Below the pieces are notes generated by a model. That model was not told where the DNA came from. It saw only the letters and a list, made by a program, of their open reading frames with translations, and did no database searches. Shown piece after piece: positions 22,403 through 32,779 of a stretch of 64,000 nt of DNA (the stretch's first letter is position 1; each line of letters opens with the position of its first letter). A program made the translations under genes and the position numbers. The DNA comes from a bacterium (GTDB lineage: Bacteria > Patescibacteriota > Microgenomatia > Daviesbacterales > UBA10151), in contig JAJYIE010000002.1 of assembly GCA_021790255.1 (NCBI GenBank), positions 413-64,412 on the forward strand, in the 5' to 3' direction.

Positions 22403-22960
22403 ATGGCTAATTCAATTGCAATTAATTTATTACCCAAAGAAGTGCTGACGGCCCGCAGCCGCAGCGTTAAAGTCACACTGGCTTACAAAATCAGTATCGT
22501 TTTGCTGATTATTTTGGCCATTGTCACCTCAACCATTCTCTCGGTTCGTTTCAGCCAGAAAATCCGCCTGCAGCAAGCTCAGGACCAGACAAAAAATCTG
22601 GAGAATAAAATTTCAGCATTGAATCAGAGGGAACAACAACTGATAACTATTAAACAAAAATTGGCTAGTATTGCTCAGCTTACTGGTGGCGACAAAGCGG
22701 AAAAAGAACTGTTTGACAAGATGGTTTCTCTGGTACCCCCGGAGATGACTATTACCGAGGCAATGGTGGATCCTAAGGGAACAATGGAAATAAGCGCCAC
22801 TACCACTTCGTTGCCGGCAATAGATACTTTTATTAAGGCTATTGAAATCCAGATGAAGACTTCAAATATGATCCAGAAACTAGAACTGGAATCTTTGTCA
22901 CTTGACCCGAGCGGTGATTTTAAGATGCTGTTTAAAATCTTACCGCCGGGAACAGCCTGA
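22403..22960 (+). CDS. pilN: PilN-like protein
   Basis: INLLP motif, single TM segment, coiled coil; follows pilM. Confidence 0.85.
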   Translation: MANSIAINLLPKEVLTARSRSVKVTLAYKISIVLLIILAIVTSTILSVRFSQKIRLQQAQDQTKNLENKISALNQREQQLITIKQKLASIAQLTGGDKAEKELFDKMVSLVPPEMTITEAMVDPKGTMEISATTTSLPAIDTFIKAIEIQMKTSNMIQKLELESLSLDPSGDFKMLFKILPPGTA

Positions 22961-22973
22961 ACAAAAGAAAAAT

Positions 22974-23762
22974 ATGGATACGCTGAAAATTTTTTTTGGT
23001 GATCAGAAAACCGTATTCTGGTCAGTTTGCACGGCAGCGACGGCATTGGTTGTAATATACTTTGTCATTATTCCGCAAGCGCATGCTTTCATAGACGTTG
23101 GGCAGCAGCTTAAGCAGCTGCAGGGCCGCTCCCAAGCCTTAAACACTAAACTGGCTGCCTTACAGGCAGAAGATGAGAATGCGGATAAAGAAAATCTGCA
23201 GGTTGCTTTAACTATTTTGCCGACAGAAGAAAAGGTAACTGAAGCTCTGATCACGGTTCAAGACTTGCTGGCTAAAAGCGGTATGGCTTTATATACGGCA
23301 AACTACACAACCCAGAGAACAAAAGTCGGCAGCGGATTTACCCTAAGTGTTGTGGCCAAAGGTGACATGAATGGGGTACGCAGTTTTCTATCCAGTTTAG
23401 ACAGTGCCCCACGAATTTTCCGTGTTAATTCAATAGACGTCCGGTCAGATCTGAGTAACCATGGGGTGATGGACGCAGAGATACCGCTGAGCGTTTTTTA
23501 TGAACCATTGTCGGGTGCCATATCCACAGGCAATTTGGATAAGCCGCTTCCCCAGCTGAGCGCCCAGGATAAACAGCTACTGGAGAAACTTACAGGTGTT
23601 CTTGCCCAGTTTCCGGAGAGCGCCAGCGGCTCGGCTGTCGAAGTTGGGAAAGATAACCCTTTTGAGTCAAGTCAGCCTCAGCCAACCGCAGCTCCTACCC
23701 CTCAGCCCACTCCCCTTGAAGTTGCTCCGACCTCGACTCCGAGCGCCTCATTGCAGGGTTGA
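22974..23762 (+). CDS. pilO: PilO-like protein with Pro/Thr-rich tail
   Basis: N-terminal TM, coiled coil, ILP, PRIFRVNSI, GKDNPF; follows pilN. Confidence 0.8.
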   Translation: MDTLKIFFGDQKTVFWSVCTAATALVVIYFVIIPQAHAFIDVGQQLKQLQGRSQALNTKLAALQAEDENADKENLQVALTILPTEEKVTEALITVQDLLAKSGMALYTANYTTQRTKVGSGFTLSVVAKGDMNGVRSFLSSLDSAPRIFRVNSIDVRSDLSNHGVMDAEIPLSVFYEPLSGAISTGNLDKPLPQLSAQDKQLLEKLTGVLAQFPESASGSAVEVGKDNPFESSQPQPTAAPTPQPTPLEVAPTSTPSASLQG

Positions 23763-23774
23763 TTTTGTGTAAAC

Positions 23775-24467
23775 TCACTTTTTAAGAAGTTCTGGCCGCA
23801 CATTCTGGGTCTTAACCAGGGATTGCTCCCGCCGCCATTTATCTATTTCCTGATGATTGCCGGATAAAAGCATGCCCGGAACTGCTGTTTTTTCAAAAAC
23901 TGCCGGGCGGGTGTATTGAGGATACTCCAGGAGCCCTTCCGAGAAACTTTCCTCCACAGTTGCATCATCTTTTTTTAAAACGCCAGGAACAAGTCTGACA
24001 ACGGCATCGGCAACCATCATTGCTGGCAATTCCCCTCCGCTTAAAACAAAATCACCAACGCAGATTTCTTCCGAAACATATTTATCAATAAACCGCTGGT
24101 CCACCCCCTCGTAATGGCCGCATACAATAATCAGATGTTTTTTTCGGGAAATTTTTCGGGCGGTGTCCTGATTAAACGGTTTGCCTGAGGCAGACATTAA
24201 AACGGTGTAAGGCTTGGAAGATGTGGATGTGCGGTGTAAACTCGCTGCCGACTTCCACGCTTTGGCTAAAATATCTGCCCTAAGAAGCATGCCGGGCCCT
24301 CCGCCGAAAGGCCGGCCGTCTACCACCTGATGTACTCCCTTGCCGTAAGTCCGGATGTCAACCAGTTGATAGTTGACCAGCCCCTTTTTGGCGGCCCGGG
24401 CGGGAATGGAAGTGGATAAAAACGGCGTAAAGAGATTAGGAAACAGGGTCAAAATGGTAATGTCCAT
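23775..24467 (-). CDS. trmD: tRNA (guanine-N1)-methyltransferase
   Basis: PFGGGPGM, CGHYEGVDQR, GDFVLSGGE, LEYPQYTRP. Confidence 0.97.
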   Translation of the reverse strand: MDITILTLFPNLFTPFLSTSIPARAAKKGLVNYQLVDIRTYGKGVHQVVDGRPFGGGPGMLLRADILAKAWKSAASLHRTSTSSKPYTVLMSASGKPFNQDTARKISRKKHLIIVCGHYEGVDQRFIDKYVSEEICVGDFVLSGGELPAMMVADAVVRLVPGVLKKDDATVEESFSEGLLEYPQYTRPAVFEKTAVPGMLLSGNHQEIDKWRREQSLVKTQNVRPELLKK

Positions 24468-24477
24468 TGCCGCTTCC

Positions 24478-24723
24478 CTATTTTACAGCTTCCTGCAGAT
24501 TAAGGTTAACCCGAAGATTGCGGTTTTCAGCAATGGCCCGGGCGACCAGCAGTCTTCTGATGGCCCTGATTGTCTGCCCGGATTTGCCGATAACAATCCC
24601 CATATCTTCTGGGGCTACTGACAGCAGGATATTTATGGTATCGTCGGTTTCTTCTTCATGGATGACTACCTCATCTGGTTTGCTGGCTAAACCTTTAACA
24701 ATGTATTCCAGTAAATCTTTCAT
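24478..24723 (-). CDS. khpA: KH-domain RNA-binding protein
   Basis: [17 protein letters not shown]; located between rpsP and trmD. Confidence 0.9.
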   Translation of the reverse strand: MKDLLEYIVKGLASKPDEVVIHEEETDDTINILLSVAPEDMGIVIGKSGQTIRAIRRLLVARAIAENRNLRVNLNLQEAVK

Positions 24724-25160
24724 GATTCGGTCGGCTGATTGGCAGGCTCGTCCGTTGTTTGTTCAGCAGATTCCGGTGCTGTCTGGATGTTTTCCTCAGG
24801 AGCTTTTTCGGTTTTCTCCTCCGGCTCGACGGTTGCTTTATCAGCTGCTTCTGCTACCTGAGGAGATGCGACCGGCGTTTCCTCTTTAGTTTCTTTAGCT
24901 TTGCGCGGTTTGCGTGCAGGGTGTTGGGGAGCCTTGCCAATAGCTCTCAGATATCCTTCGGAAGGTACTGCCCCCTGCTTGGTCCAATACTCAATCCGGT
25001 CTTTTTTTAGAATAACTTCTTTTGGTTCGGTTAAGGGGTTGTAAGTTCCCAGAAGCTCCAGGTAATCCCCGGTACGCTTTTTGCGCTCGTCAACAGCCAC
25101 CACCCTGTAAAAGGGGCGTTTCTTGGCACCTATTCGCATTAAACGAATTTTTACTGGCAT
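24720..25160 (-). CDS. rpsP: 30S ribosomal protein S16 with long acidic C-terminal tail
   Basis: [30 protein letters not shown]. Confidence 0.97.
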   Translation of the reverse strand: MPVKIRLMRIGAKKRPFYRVVAVDERKKRTGDYLELLGTYNPLTEPKEVILKKDRIEYWTKQGAVPSEGYLRAIGKAPQHPARKPRKAKETKEETPVASPQVAEAADKATVEPEEKTEKAPEENIQTAPESAEQTTDEPANQPTES

Positions 25161-25219
25161 AAGTCGCAGCTTTTCAGCCTGAAGGAAAGTATAACCGATC
25201 TAGGTGGCGATGACAAGTG

Positions 25220-25480
25220 CTAGCTGGTGACTGGGTAAATTTTAGTTAAAAGCTCCCCTATTCTTCCGCTATATAACGCTAAGCTGTGATGTGCGGCGAT
25301 TTGTCTATTTACTTCCCAGTGGCTGGCATTCTTGTCCGATTTTTTTATAACTCTTGTTTCACATGATTTATTTGTGTAAACGAATCCGCATTTAGTGTAC
25401 CAATATCTCTCAAAATGCTCCTGGTTGAACATCCTCTGATCAACTTCCATCCCCCGCAATTCTTGAGTGCAGAAAGCCAT
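25220..25480 (-). CDS. hypothetical protein (AT-rich insert, possibly a fragment)
   Basis: 86-aa ORF between rnc and rpsP. No family recognised. Confidence 0.35.
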   Translation of the reverse strand: MAFCTQELRGMEVDQRMFNQEHFERYWYTKCGFVYTNKSCETRVIKKSDKNASHWEVNRQIAAHHSLALYSGRIGELLTKIYPVTS

Positions 25481-25610
25481 AATAATCTCCCGATTTCTGA
25501 TTGCACCTGTAAAAGAAATCCTACGATCTTTTGTTGTTATTCTGTGAATGAAATTATATGCTTTTATAGGATAAATTGCAACTATGGGGTATTGTGAAAA
25601 ACGGAAAGTC

Positions 25611-26312
25611 TTAAGCAGATTTATTTAACTCCAACAAGGCTTTGGTGGCGGCTTCTTCTTCTGCCTGCTGTTTGCTTAAGCCCTGCCCCTCCCCGACTTG
25701 TCTTTCCTGGATAAAAACTCCGACCACAAAATGCTTGGCGTGATCCGGACCGCTGGTAGACAAAATCCGGTAGCGGGGAGAAACCTGAAAACGGCTTTGT
25801 ACAACCTCCTGCAGTTGTGATTTGGGATCCCGCGGAGCGCCTTTTTTAACCTCTTCTTCAAAAAGCGGCAGAAGGGTCTGGTGGATAAACCGGGAAACAG
25901 CGTCAATCCCTAAGTCCAGAAAAAGCGCCCCCAGCACAGCCTCATAAGTGTTAGCCATGATCTGAGGATTTTCCCGGCCACCTGATAACTCCTCGCCCTT
26001 GGACAGCCGAAGGAATTTCCCCAGTTGCAGTTTACCTGCCGCTTTAGCCAGGCTCTCTGTTTTCACAATAAAAGCCCGCAAATTGGTCAGTTCTCCTTCC
26101 TGATCCATGGTCCTGGTTTGGTAGAGAAAAGATGAAACAACGAAAGAGAGCACAGAGTCGCCTAAAAATTCCAGCCGCTCGTTAGATGCTGTTGCATCGT
26201 TGGATTCGTTAAGATATGAACGGTGAGTAAAGGCTAATGTGTAATATTTAAGCTCACGCGGAACAACCCCCAACTCCTCTAAAATTTTTCCAAAACCTTC
26301 TCCGCTTGTCAT
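25611..26312 (-). CDS. rnc: ribonuclease III
   Basis: NERLEFLGDSVL, DPKSQLQE, GPDHAK. Confidence 0.97.
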   Translation of the reverse strand: MTSGEGFGKILEELGVVPRELKYYTLAFTHRSYLNESNDATASNERLEFLGDSVLSFVVSSFLYQTRTMDQEGELTNLRAFIVKTESLAKAAGKLQLGKFLRLSKGEELSGGRENPQIMANTYEAVLGALFLDLGIDAVSRFIHQTLLPLFEEEVKKGAPRDPKSQLQEVVQSRFQVSPRYRILSTSGPDHAKHFVVGVFIQERQVGEGQGLSKQQAEEEAATKALLELNKSA

Positions 26313-26338
26313 ATACCCTATGGGGAAAACGCCACCTC

Positions 26339-26575
26339 TTATTCCAGAGATTTATCCTCGATCAACTCGATTAAATCACCAACTGTTTTAACTTGTCCCA
26401 GTTCCTGTTGCTCAAAGATTATATTAAATTTTTGCGACAGGTGTTCGAACAAATCAGCCATTTCCACGGGGTTTAATCCCATATCATCCTGCAAATGAGC
26501 TTCAGGATCGATATCAGCAACCGGCAGGGTTAAGGCCTCAGCAATTGCTTCAATGATTTGTTTTTCGTTTGCCAT
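26339..26575 (-). CDS. acyl carrier protein-like (lacks phosphopantetheine Ser)
   Basis: Acidic 78 aa with ACP pattern (LQDDMGLNPVEM...KTVGDLI), next to rnc. Confidence 0.8.
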   Translation of the reverse strand: MANEKQIIEAIAEALTLPVADIDPEAHLQDDMGLNPVEMADLFEHLSQKFNIIFEQQELGQVKTVGDLIELIEDKSLE

Positions 26576-26588
26576 TTCTACTCCTTTC

Positions 26589-26957
26589 TTAATTTGCTAT
26601 TTTGTGGGCGGCAATCAGGTTGCCCAAGACTGCGTTAACGAATCCCGGGGAAGACTGCGCGCCAAACTCTTTGGCCAGCTCCACTGCTTCATCAACCACC
26701 ACCTTAAAGGGCTGGTCTTTTTCTATTATTAACTCAAAAGCTGCCAAGCGCAAGATACTTAAATCAATCCTGTTGACTTGTTTTATAGGCCATTCCGGCG
26801 CAGCTTGACTGATTTCCCGATCCAGTTGCGGCAACTGCTCGATAATTTGCCGGGTGAGCACTTCTTTGGGCTGGTTGCTCTCAGAAAACTCCCAGGCAAA
26901 CAACTCCCGTAAAATTTTAATACGCCTGATATGACGGGGATCATGAGAAGTTTTCAT
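26589..26957 (-). CDS. nusB: transcription antitermination factor NusB
   Basis: IDLSILRL, VVDEAVELAKEFG, FVNAVL. Confidence 0.95.
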   Translation of the reverse strand: MKTSHDPRHIRRIKILRELFAWEFSESNQPKEVLTRQIIEQLPQLDREISQAAPEWPIKQVNRIDLSILRLAAFELIIEKDQPFKVVVDEAVELAKEFGAQSSPGFVNAVLGNLIAAHKIAN

Positions 26958-26997
26958 CCGGGCTCCTTTTTAATCCTAAGCCGGAATTTTCCTTAAA

Positions 26998-27198
26998 TCA
27001 AGCCTTAACTACTTTTACTTCAGTATTTTCTTTTACCTGTTTGCCGGCAAAATAGCCGCAACTTCGGCAAACCTGGTGCGAGAGAGTTGGTTTGCCGCAA
27101 TGAGGGCATTTGACCAGATTGACCCCTGCCAGCGAAATTGCTGCCCGGCGAACCCGCTTTCTGGTCTTACTGTGTTTTCTTTTTGGTTCCTGAGCCAT
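26998..27198 (-). CDS. rpmF: 50S ribosomal protein L32
   Basis: PKRKHSKTRKRVRR, CPHCG...HQVCRSCG. Confidence 0.95.
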   Translation of the reverse strand: MAQEPKRKHSKTRKRVRRAAISLAGVNLVKCPHCGKPTLSHQVCRSCGYFAGKQVKENTEVKVVKA

Positions 27199-27233
27199 AC
27201 AAATATTTATTGCTGCTAGTGCTCTTGGTGCAA

Positions 27234-29318
27234 TTAATCCGGAAAAACTTCCTTCCCACCAGAGGTTAATTTTGCCGCAAGTTGGGGATGTTTGTCAAGG
27301 TTTGGATCTTTTTTAAGAATTTTGCTCGCGCTGTCCCGGGTCTTTTCGATTAAGCTAAGGTCAGACAATGAGGCTATCTTTAAATTCCACTCTCCGCTTT
27401 GCCTGAGGCCAAAAACCTCTCCTGAGCCGCGTATCTGCATGTCCAACTCCGCCAGCTTTAAACCGTTATGGATTTTTTCTAAATTTTTAAGGCGTTTGAC
27501 GGTAAACGGGTTCTCCTGCCCTGTAAAGAGGAAAGTGTATGATTGAACTTTTCCCCGGCCGACTCGGCCGCGCAACTGATGCAGTTGGGCCAGGCCGAAG
27601 CGTTCAGCCCCCTCCACTACCATAATGCTGGCACTCTGAACATCAACACCGACCTCCACCACCGAGGTGGACACCAGAATATCAATTTTCTGGTTTTTGA
27701 ATTTGGTAATTACCTCCTCTTTTTCTTTCGACTTCATCCGGCCGTGCAGCAGTCCCAGCCGAAACTGTGGAAAAACCTCCTTTTTTAACCGTTCGTATTC
27801 TACGGTGGCAGCTTTTACTGATGCCAGAGTTTCTGACTGTTCAATGAGCGGTGTAATAATGTAGACCTGCTCGCCGTTTCTAACGTGTTTGGCAATAAAT
27901 TTATAAGCATCTTCCCTTTTGCGTTGCGGTACAAAATAAGTGCGGACTGTTTGCCGCCCCCGGGGCAGCTCGTCGATGACTGATATGTCCAGGTCTCCGT
28001 ACAAAGTTAGGGCAACGGTTCGCGGGATTGGGGTGGCGGTCATAGTCAGAAAATGAGGGGACTTGGCGCGGGTGCGAAGGATACTGCGATGCTCCACTCC
28101 GAACCGTTGCTGCTCGTCAACCACCACCAGACCAACTTTATCCAGCTGAAGCTTTTGTGAAAGCAGAGCATGGGTGCCGATGATTATGTCGGGTTTGGTT
28201 ATGGGTTGTGAATTGTGGCTGCTGGTTTTTTTCTGCTTACCGGCCACTGTTTTTTGTAAACTCTTCCTGCTGCCGGTGTAAATGCCCACGCTTAGACCAT
28301 AAGGCTCAAGTAGTTTGGTAAAAGTGGCAAGATGTTGGAAAGCTAAAATTTCCGTGGGAGCCATAATTATTGTGCGCAGGCCGTTTAAGGAAACCAGGTA
28401 AGAGAGCGCTGCGGCCACAACCGTTTTTCCTGACCCTACCTCACCTTGCAGCAGGCGGTTCATCGGATGTGGTTTCTGCAAATCATCCGTGATTTCCCGG
28501 ATGACCCGCTCCTGGGCCCCGGTCAGCTCAAACGGCAGTTTATCGATAAATGAAGCAAGTTTGTTTTGGTCTACCTTCAGGGCGCGGAAAACTTTTTTAT
28601 CCTGCCATGCCCGGCGTCTTTTTTGGACTGAAACCTGGATAAAAAATAATTCATCAAAGGCCAGGCGGTCACGGGCTTTTTGGGCCTCTTCCAGGGTTTT
28701 TGGGAAGTGAATTTGCTGCAGGGCATCCGGGAGCGGCAGCAAATTCCCACGGACTTCTTCAGGCAGCGGATCAATGACAGTCGGCAGCATTTCCGGCAAA
28801 ATTTGGGCAATCATCCGCCGCAGCCACTTGGAAGTTAAACCGGCCGTTTCCGGATAAATCGGCACCAGCCGACCGGTATGCAGATTGGCTGCAGAGTCAG
28901 GAATGTCGATCTCCATAGCTTTTTTCTCCCACTGCGGCGCGACCAGGCTGGTCTTTGAGCCATAGCGTGTAACTTTACCTGAAACCTGCAACCTGTCCCC
29001 GGTTTTGATGCTTTTTGTTAGCCACGGTTGGTTAAACCAGACCAGCTCGATGGTGCCGGTGCTGTCATTTAAAATGGCCCGGGTTATGACTTTATGAAAA
29101 CGGGTGTAGCTGTTTTTAATAGACCAGACCTCACCCAAAAAAGTGACACTCTCCCCTACTTTAACCTGGGAAATAGCCAAACTTTGCGAAAAATCATCGT
29201 AACGAAAAGGAAAGTGGTAAAGCAGGTCTTCAATATCAAAAAGCTCCAGCAGCTTCAGGCGGTAGGATAAAGATGGGCCTATCTTGGGTAACGTTGCAAG
29301 GAGTGTATGTAGTTCCAC
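27234..29318 (-). CDS. recG: ATP-dependent DNA helicase RecG
   Basis: RLAFDEL, LQGEVGSGKT, DEQQRFG, TATPIPRT, QLHQLRGRVGRG. Probable GTG start. Confidence 0.96.
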   Translation of the reverse strand: MELHTLLATLPKIGPSLSYRLKLLELFDIEDLLYHFPFRYDDFSQSLAISQVKVGESVTFLGEVWSIKNSYTRFHKVITRAILNDSTGTIELVWFNQPWLTKSIKTGDRLQVSGKVTRYGSKTSLVAPQWEKKAMEIDIPDSAANLHTGRLVPIYPETAGLTSKWLRRMIAQILPEMLPTVIDPLPEEVRGNLLPLPDALQQIHFPKTLEEAQKARDRLAFDELFFIQVSVQKRRRAWQDKKVFRALKVDQNKLASFIDKLPFELTGAQERVIREITDDLQKPHPMNRLLQGEVGSGKTVVAAALSYLVSLNGLRTIIMAPTEILAFQHLATFTKLLEPYGLSVGIYTGSRKSLQKTVAGKQKKTSSHNSQPITKPDIIIGTHALLSQKLQLDKVGLVVVDEQQRFGVEHRSILRTRAKSPHFLTMTATPIPRTVALTLYGDLDISVIDELPRGRQTVRTYFVPQRKREDAYKFIAKHVRNGEQVYIITPLIEQSETLASVKAATVEYERLKKEVFPQFRLGLLHGRMKSKEKEEVITKFKNQKIDILVSTSVVEVGVDVQSASIMVVEGAERFGLAQLHQLRGRVGRGKVQSYTFLFTGQENPFTVKRLKNLEKIHNGLKLAELDMQIRGSGEVFGLRQSGEWNLKIASLSDLSLIEKTRDSASKILKKDPNLDKHPQLAAKLTSGGKEVFPD

Positions 29319-29432
29319 ATGCAAATTATACCGCATGGCAATTTCTTACAAAGACCTTACTGGTCTTTTACCCTTCTTAGAAGATAAGAGTGGTAAATTC
29401 TTCACGTCGAAAGATAGACGAGCTAGCTTCTT

Positions 29433-30557
29433 ATGGTTGAAGATATTGTTGAAAGAATTTCTTTGGAGCAGGAAAAAATGCGCATTTCACGGGTGGTTGA
29501 TTGCCTGCAGCAAAGAAAAGAAAAAAATTCTGTGGCGGCAAAGAGCTGCCTTTTTTAGATGGAAGCATTGGTTTTCTGCAGCAGCGGGAGTGCCTGATTG
29601 ATCAACGATTAGGTGATGAACTTTTTCCTTCCCCTCAGACTAAACCGGAGCTGTTTCTGCCGCAAATGCCTCCTGCTTCATCTCCTGCGGAAAGAGAAAA
29701 TGTTCCTCCTGCATAAAAAGTAGCCGCTGGGCCGGAAGTAACACTTCCCCGGGCGGAGGTTGCAGGAGAAGATAAAGATGGGGAAAAAGCAGCAGAAAAA
29801 GTGAGGTCGGGTGAGCAGAGCCGCTCAGGTAGTGGACGGAGAAGTACCCTTGAGGCGGCGGGAACAACTGTAGGAACATGAAACGGCTAAAAAGATGCTG
29901 AAAGAGGTGCAAGAGGCGCTCGCGGAAGCAAAAAAGAAAACCGGTGAAACTCAGGCAGCCATAGCAGAGCTGGCGCGTCTCCGGGGGGTGTTAGCCCGGG
30001 AGAAGGGGGAGTTCAGACAGCTGAATGATGATGTAAACGTTAAACTGGAGGGTCTGGAACAGCTTGAAGATACATTCCAGATGCAGGAAGCACGGCTTCG
30101 CCGGGAAGAACGGATATTGGAAGGTGAACTTTTATTGTCTCCCGTAGCCAGGGATCTGATGGCGGAAGCAGGGTTCATGGAAGCGCCGGGCAGCGAAGCC
30201 TTTTTTAAGGAGGACCAGCAGGCGGTTTTAAAAGAAGAAGTGGTTCGACAGCCGGTTCAGCACCGCGGCCGGGAAAGAATCTTTAGCCCCTTGCGGGAAG
30301 GATGGCGGTCAAGGTGGAGCAGAAACAAAGATAATGTGGCTGAAGGAGAAGTAATGGTTCTTCCCTGGAGGGAAAGGATTCAGGAAAGATGGACTTCAGT
30401 AGAAATGCCGGACGGTAAAGAGATTAAAAACTCGGACTTTCTTCCCCATTTTGTGAAAGCTGACGGGTATTATGAAAACGGCGATGTGGTGGGTCGGCAG
30501 GCCGTCTATTATCTGCCCAGTGACCTATATCAGTTCTTCCAAAAATCTCACCTGTGA
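29433..30557 (+). pseudogene. disrupted coiled-coil protein gene (3' part 29895-30557 still open)
   Basis: Protein-like sequence runs across three frames with internal stops before the 220-aa coiled-coil ORF. Confidence 0.5.
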
Positions 30558-30725
30558 AGCAATTTTCCTAAAAAGCCTGAAGCAAAGGAAGCAGAGAGAA
30601 AATGATGATGGCTACTCCGGCGATGGCGGAAAGAATTATAAAAAAAACCCGGAATTTCTTAGAGTACATCATACGGAAGTATTTTAGCTCTTGCCGAACA
30701 AAAATGGTAGTAGTATGCTGGCTTC

Positions 30726-31001
30726 ATGAGCGGAGTTGAGCGTGGCAACTATTACGACCCCTGGAAAAGTGCTGTTTTAAAAGAAGCGGATAAGATTATT
30801 GAGCAGGCAAATAAACATTCAAGAAACCCCCGGAGGCTTTCTTCTTTGCTGGAATTAAGCGAAAAACTACCGGATCAGTTAGCGGAAACTACCGGCAGGC
30901 TTCCCTATGTCGGCAAGCTTGGCGAGCCGCAAAGGCGTTTTTGGACCGTTGTGGGAGTTATTTACGTCGCTTCTGTAGCTGCAGCTATTTTTACGGTGTA
31001 G
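30726..31001 (+). CDS. small protein with C-terminal TM helix
   Basis: 91 aa, hydrophobic C-terminus, TTGCCG-17-TATGCT promoter upstream. Confidence 0.6.
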   Translation: MSGVERGNYYDPWKSAVLKEADKIIEQANKHSRNPRRLSSLLELSEKLPDQLAETTGRLPYVGKLGEPQRRFWTVVGVIYVASVAAAIFTV

Positions 31002-31228
31002 TACATCATAAACATCAGTGAAGCTTCGCAGGGTTGATAAATAAGACCTGTAGTTATATAATTGCGGATATAGTTAAGTGGGAAAACGAGGGTGAGCCTT
31101 GAAAGACGAATGAATTTGTAGTTGAAGAGAGACGGCGAGCTGTTGAGGCTGCTCAAGAAATAATTGAGAGAAAGCGGCTTGAATCTATACCTTGGCGGGG
31201 AGATTCCGGAACTTTAGCCGTCAAGCAG

Positions 31229-31531
31229 GTGGAACGGATTTTGGCTGAGAGCCAGGCCCCTTCCGTTTTAAAGCGGCGGGAAGATCAGGTGGCCGAATCA
31301 GTGCGGTTTAAAATCGGGAGAATATTGGAAAAGAATAATATATCCGTGGGGATCGGGGTAGCCATAGTTGTTGCCACTACTTTAAGTGCGTTAGCTTATT
31401 GGCATAATCCGGTAGAATTGTCTGGTTCTTTGCGCACTTTTTTCCAGATGGGAGAATTTACTTTTTCAGGTGCTGTGGGGGCAATTGATGGTTTTGTGGT
31501 TGGTTGGGCTGGCTCTGCCATCGGGGGATGA
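31229..31531 (+). CDS. small membrane protein (frame open upstream to ~31102, possible 5' frameshift)
   Basis: Two hydrophobic segments. The upstream in-frame stretch has no start codon. Confidence 0.5.
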   Translation: MERILAESQAPSVLKRREDQVAESVRFKIGRILEKNNISVGIGVAIVVATTLSALAYWHNPVELSGSLRTFFQMGEFTFSGAVGAIDGFVVGWAGSAIGG

Positions 31532-31557
31532 TTTTGCGGGACAAGTATTAAAAGGAC

Positions 31558-32691
31558 TTATTTTTTGGCAGTCAGCCGCTCAACTTCTTCTAAAGCGGCT
31601 TTCCTTTGTGGATCCTCAAAATATTTCCGGGCAGGTTCTAATTTCTCTATCAGCCACTCGGCAACGGCGTTTTTCAAATCCTGCGGATGTAATTTCTTTT
31701 CGGCGTAATCTTTTTCCAACTCTTCATATGAATGATAAATCAGATTTCCGCCCCACTTTCCATCGCGGGGTATTACAAAAGTGGTGTTTGGCTCATGGAA
31801 AATAAGATACTTGACCCAATCCAGAACCGGATTAAACTCAACTTCGCCTTCCGGGGCAAAAGCCTGTCGGACTTTATGCCTGATCTCGTCTGGGGTGTCA
31901 TGAATAAAAATAGAACTGTTGGGACGCGATTTGCTCATCTTAAACGTCTCCCGAAATGCATCTTTGTCACCTGCAGGAATCGGCCAAACTGACGGAGTTT
32001 CAATGCCGAGTAATAAATGATGGTGTAAAGCTACCGGCTTCATATGCTTGCCGCTTATATCTTTAAGCGGATTTACAGTAATTTGCATGGCTACATCTTT
32101 GGCGATAACATGAGCCTTACGTTGATCAGTTCCTCCGTGAGGAAGGTTGGTTTGCAGGGCGAAGATATCAGCCGCCTGCATGGCGGGATAAAGTAAAATT
32201 GCAAAATCCATTCCTTCTTCCTCTTTCCGTCCGGCGATACTGACAGATCTGACCATTCTGGCAAGCGTTGTATTGTGGCTAACTTCTGTCATGGTAGCCC
32301 AAAAGTCCGGATGTTGCTTATAAAGTTCGGATGCTTTAATGAATTTTAAATCATCAGGATTGCCGCCGACACTAAGATATCCGGCCTTAAGCGCCTCTTT
32401 AAAATATGTATCACCTAAACGGGTAATTGTTTCAAACTTGCCGTCCAGTTTTTTATTAAGCCAGGTATGCCAGTCAGCAATAAAAATTGTGACATCGACT
32501 CCGGCGTCAACGAAGTCCTTTACTTTTTGCATTGCCAAAAGGGTATGTCCGATATGAGGGATACCGGAGACCTCAAAGCCGATGTAATGACGAAGCGGCG
32601 TTCCCGATTCAATTAAAGATCTGAGTTCTTCGGGTGTTAAAACTTCATCGAGACCTCTGGTAATTAAATTAAATTTTTCGTCATTGGTCAT
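31558..32691 (-). CDS. tyrS: tyrosine--tRNA ligase, archaeal/eukaryotic type
   Basis: YIGFEVSG..HIGH, IADWH, LYPAMQAADI, GGTDQRKAH, KMSKS, LHPQDLK. 377 aa, no S4 domain. Confidence 0.93.
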   Translation of the reverse strand: MTNDEKFNLITRGLDEVLTPEELRSLIESGTPLRHYIGFEVSGIPHIGHTLLAMQKVKDFVDAGVDVTIFIADWHTWLNKKLDGKFETITRLGDTYFKEALKAGYLSVGGNPDDLKFIKASELYKQHPDFWATMTEVSHNTTLARMVRSVSIAGRKEEEGMDFAILLYPAMQAADIFALQTNLPHGGTDQRKAHVIAKDVAMQITVNPLKDISGKHMKPVALHHHLLLGIETPSVWPIPAGDKDAFRETFKMSKSRPNSSIFIHDTPDEIRHKVRQAFAPEGEVEFNPVLDWVKYLIFHEPNTTFVIPRDGKWGGNLIYHSYEELEKDYAEKKLHPQDLKNAVAEWLIEKLEPARKYFEDPQRKAALEEVERLTAKK

Positions 32692-32779
32692 GCATATAGT
32701 ATATCCTAGCTTGATCCTAAAAAACAGTCTGTTTTTTGATTTTTTAAGGAGTATATTTGTGCTACGATAAGGAGGTATC

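Noticed and set aside
29433-29894. Stop-codon reassignment to explain interrupted ORFs
   Set aside because: TAA, TAG and TGA all terminate conserved genes normally, and the interruptions include frameshifts.
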